From positions 1 to 64,000 of the forward strand of contig JBBCKI010000010.1 in assembly GCA_037190965.1 (NCBI GenBank): a DNA stretch of 64,000 bases, written 5' to 3'. This DNA is from Chthoniobacteraceae bacterium (GTDB taxonomy: Bacteria; Verrucomicrobiota; Verrucomicrobiia; Chthoniobacterales; Chthoniobacteraceae). The notes below the pieces were generated by a model, which was not told the DNA's origin, did no database searches, and saw only the letters and a list, made by a program, of their open reading frames with translations. Shown piece by piece: positions 61,149 through 64,000 of this stretch (its first letter is position 1; each line of letters opens with the position of its first letter). The position numbers were made by a program, and so were the translations under genes.

Positions 61149-62138
61149 ATGACGAAAACGACTGAAGAAATCACGGCAGAAGTCCGGCACGCCGGGCGAT
61201 GGATCGCACCGCTCCAGGCAGAGGTTGCCCGCGTGGTGGTGGGCCAGAAGTATCTTGTCGATGGCCTCCTCCTTGGCCTTTTGACTCACGGGCACGTTCT
61301 TTTGGAAGGCGTCCCCGGGCTGGCCAAAACGCTCACGGTCAAAACGCTGGCCTCCAGCATCCAGACCGGGTTCGCGCGTCTCCAGTTCACGCCGGACCTC
61401 CTCCCCGCCGATCTCATCGGCACCCAGATCTACAACCCGCGCTCCGGCGACTTCAGCGTCAAGCAGGGGCCGCTTTTCTCCAACCTCATTCTCGCGGACG
61501 AAATCAACCGCGCCCCCGCCAAAGTGCAGAGCGCGCTTCTGGAGGCGATGCAAGAGCGGCAGGTCACCATCGGCGAGCATACCTATAAACTTCCCGATCC
61601 CTTTCTTGTCCTCGCCACGCAAAACCCGTTGGAGCAGGAGGGCACCTATCAGTTGCCCGAAGCCCAGCTCGATCGCTTCATGCTCAAGCTCCGCATCGGC
61701 TATCCCACCAAGGCGGAGGAACGGCAGATCCTCGATTTGATGGCAACCTCCGCGCCGAAGTTGGAGGTGACGCCGGTTGTCGATCCTGAGCAGGTGATCC
61801 ACGCTCGCCACATCGTCAACGAAATCTACGTGGATGACCGCGTGAAGGATTACATCGTCGATGTCGTCTTCGCCACGCGCGAGCCCGCCAGTTATAAGCT
61901 CCCGCTGGAGGGGATGATCCGCTACGGCGCTTCGCCGCGCGCCACCATCGCCCTTACGCTCGCAGCTCGCGCCCGAGCCTTCCTGCAAGGGCGCGGCTAC
62001 GTCACCCCGCAGGATGTGAAGAGCATCGGGCAGGATGTGCTGCGTCACCGCATTATCGTCAGCTACGAGGCGGAAGCCGAAGAGGTGACGAGCGAGAAGA
62101 TCATCGACCGGATTTTTGCCGGCCTCCCCGTGCCCTAG
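61149..62138 (+). CDS. moxR: MoxR family AAA+ ATPase
   Basis: GHVLLEGVPGLAKT, QFTPDLLPAD, DEINRAPAKVQSALLEAM, EAQLDRF. Confidence 0.95.
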   Translation: MTKTTEEITAEVRHAGRWIAPLQAEVARVVVGQKYLVDGLLLGLLTHGHVLLEGVPGLAKTLTVKTLASSIQTGFARLQFTPDLLPADLIGTQIYNPRSGDFSVKQGPLFSNLILADEINRAPAKVQSALLEAMQERQVTIGEHTYKLPDPFLVLATQNPLEQEGTYQLPEAQLDRFMLKLRIGYPTKAEERQILDLMATSAPKLEVTPVVDPEQVIHARHIVNEIYVDDRVKDYIVDVVFATREPASYKLPLEGMIRYGASPRATIALTLAARARAFLQGRGYVTPQDVKSIGQDVLRHRIIVSYEAEAEEVTSEKIIDRIFAGLPVP

Positions 62139-62139
62139 T

Positions 62140-62303
62140 TAGTACCTTGTAACAGATAAAATGGCGCATCTAGCTTGTCTTTTTGGCCCAGGGCTGCGTT
62201 GTCAGCCCAAGGTGTTATCTTCAGATAGCACCATGGGCCTCCGCCTTGCCCTGAACCAAAAATCCGGCGCTATATGCGTCATTTTCCTTGTTACAAGGTA
62301 CTA
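62140..62303. mobile_element. 164 bp palindromic MITE-like element
   Basis: Perfect 15 bp terminal inverted repeats TAGTACCTTGTAACA/TGTTACAAGGTACTA, with imperfect pairing continuing to a central hairpin. Confidence 0.75.
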
Positions 62304-62321
62304 GCCGCAGGGAGGGACATC

Positions 62322-63203
62322 ATGCAGGACGCCAACCGCATCCTATCCAAAATCCGCCGCCTGGAGCTCAAGACCCGGGGACTGGTTGACGCCGCGTTTG
62401 CGGGCCAGTACCGGAGCGTTTTCAAAGGGCGCGGCATGAACTTCGAGGAGGTCCGCGAGTACCAGCCGGGCGACGAGGTGCGTACCATCGACTGGAACGT
62501 CACCGCGCGGCTGGGGCACCCTTTCATCAAGAAGTTCACCGAAGAGCGGGAATTGACCGTCATGCTGGTGGTCGATGTCAGCGCCTCCGGGAGCTTTGGG
62601 AGCGTCGATCTCTCCAAGCGCGAACTGGCGGCGGAGGTTGCATGCGTCATCGCCTTCAGCGCCATTCGAAACAACGACAAAGTCGGCCTCATTCTTTTTT
62701 CCGATCACGTGGAACTCTTCATCCCGCCCAAGAAGGGGCGGCTGCATACGCTGCGGCTCATGCGCGAGATTCTCTTCTTCGAGCCCACGGGGCGCGGCAC
62801 CGTTCCCGCCGAGGCGCTCCGCTATCTCAACCGCGTGCTCACCCGGCGCTCGGTGGTGTTCCTCATTTCGGACTTCATGGCCGAGGGCTTCGAACGTGAA
62901 CTCGGGATCACCGCCCGGCGGCACGATCTCATCGCCATGCCGGTGCTCGATCCGCACGAAGAGGCGCTCCCGGATGCCGGGATCGTTACCTTTGAGGACG
63001 CCGAGACGGGTGACCAGATCGAGGTCGATACCGGCGACCCCTCCGTGCGCGCCGCTTACGCGCATCTGGCGCAGCGGCGTCGGCAGGAGCTCGATCTCCG
63101 CTTTCGGCGGGACCGGATCGACTCCGTGCCGATCCAGACTCACCGCGACTATCTCCCGGCGTTGCGGACGTTTTTCCGTAATCGCGAAAGGAGGGCTCGA
63201 TGA
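62322..63203 (+). CDS. DUF58 family protein
   Basis: FKGRGMNFEEVREYQPGDEVRTIDWNVTAR, DVSAS, LISDF. Confidence 0.92.
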   Translation: MQDANRILSKIRRLELKTRGLVDAAFAGQYRSVFKGRGMNFEEVREYQPGDEVRTIDWNVTARLGHPFIKKFTEERELTVMLVVDVSASGSFGSVDLSKRELAAEVACVIAFSAIRNNDKVGLILFSDHVELFIPPKKGRLHTLRLMREILFFEPTGRGTVPAEALRYLNRVLTRRSVVFLISDFMAEGFERELGITARRHDLIAMPVLDPHEEALPDAGIVTFEDAETGDQIEVDTGDPSVRAAYAHLAQRRRQELDLRFRRDRIDSVPIQTHRDYLPALRTFFRNRERRAR

Positions 63204-63736
63204 TTCGCCTTCTCGCGCAAATCGGGCTTCCGGAGCCCGCTCCAGATGTGCCGGATATTCGTCCCCTCGCGCCTCCCGTGCCGGTGTTGCCGTACCCGAT
63301 GTGGATGATTGTGGCGGCAGCCGTCGGCGCGGCGCTTCTGCTGGCGCTGCTGGTCTGGGGGCTCGTGCGTTATCTTCGCAGCCGTCCCGCGCCGCCGCCG
63401 CCCACCCCTCGCCAGAAGGCGCTCGCGGGTCTGGAGGCATTGCGGGGTGGTGTTACCGCGACGGAGCCCTACCCCTTCAGCATCGAAGTCTCCAATGTCC
63501 TGCGGACTTTCGTCACGGGGGAATTTCGTGTCAGCGCGACCGCGCAGACTTCCCCTGAATTCCTCGCGGCTGTCGCGAACAGCCCCAGCTTCTCCGAGGC
63601 CGACAAGGAACTCCTTGCCGCGTTTCTGGAGAGGGCTGACCTGATCAAGTTTGCCCGGGTCCACGCCACGGCGGCGGATAGCGAGCATCTGCTGGAGCAG
63701 GCGTTCCGGTTCGTGAAGGGGGGCGTCCAGGCATGA
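63200..63736 (+). CDS. Membrane protein of the MoxR/Bat locus (DUF4381-like)
   Basis: DIRP, TM helix, TSPEFL, ADLIKFA; ATGA-coupled. Confidence 0.75.
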   Translation: MIRLLAQIGLPEPAPDVPDIRPLAPPVPVLPYPMWMIVAAAVGAALLLALLVWGLVRYLRSRPAPPPPTPRQKALAGLEALRGGVTATEPYPFSIEVSNVLRTFVTGEFRVSATAQTSPEFLAAVANSPSFSEADKELLAAFLERADLIKFARVHATAADSEHLLEQAFRFVKGGVQA

Positions 63737-64000
63737 ACCCTTTCGCCGATTTCGGGATCTCCTTCGCCAATCCGTGGTTGCTTCTCCTGCTGCTGGTGAT
63801 TCCCGTGCTGGCGTGGCTGCGCGGGCAGCGGGGGGCCGCGCCGACGGTGGTTTTTTCCTCCACGACGCAACTCCGCGCTCTTGGGAAACGGGTGACCAGC
63901 CGGGCGGGAAACTTTCTGACCGGTCTGACTTACCTGGCCCTTGCCTCGCTGATCATCGCCCTCGCGCGGCCGCAGAAGGGGAAGACGCTGACGCATGTCG
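63733..64000 (+). CDS. batA: BatA-like vWA protein, N-terminal part (truncated by window end)
   Basis: FANPWLLLLLLVIP...LIIALARPQ is the BatA N-terminal signature. Confidence 0.8.
   Translation, partial: MNPFADFGISFANPWLLLLLLVIPVLAWLRGQRGAAPTVVFSSTTQLRALGKRVTSRAGNFLTGLTYLALASLIIALARPQKGKTLTHV

Overview
This 64 kb bacterial chromosomal window is most consistent with a Verrucomicrobiota (Spartobacteria/Chthoniobacterales-like) genome. That is an inference from the PEP-CTERM proteins, the short ATP synthase delta subunit and the MoxR-DUF58-BatA locus. 1-8.3 kb is a more AT-rich carbohydrate/surface-protein cluster, followed by tRNA-Leu(TAA). 8.9-18.1 kb is a translationally coupled six-gene operon of unknown function: ECF sigma, anti-sigma, a secreted protein, two CsgG/HfaB-like proteins and a large helical protein with lectin-like domains. 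18.2-23.3 kb holds stress modules: truncated haemoglobin, flavohaemoglobin and a Crp/Fnr regulator, then arsR-acr3-arsC with an apparent acr3 frameshift. 25.5-34.3 kb is an operon of cNMP-domain patatin, PaaK-like CoA ligase, thiolase, FadJ and acyl-CoA dehydrogenase. The rest is mostly housekeeping (DEAD helicase, rpe, der, pgsA, miaB, atpBEFHAGDC, cca, frr, pyrH, amidase, moxR/batA) with a LuxR + FG-GAP/PEP-CTERM pair. Six copies of a ~155 bp GTAG-REP doublet (REPIN-like) and three other palindromic intergenic elements are present. The best candidates for an undescribed system are the ECF/CsgG-like operon and the cNMP-patatin beta-oxidation operon. All calls come from motif reading by eye; no database searches were run.
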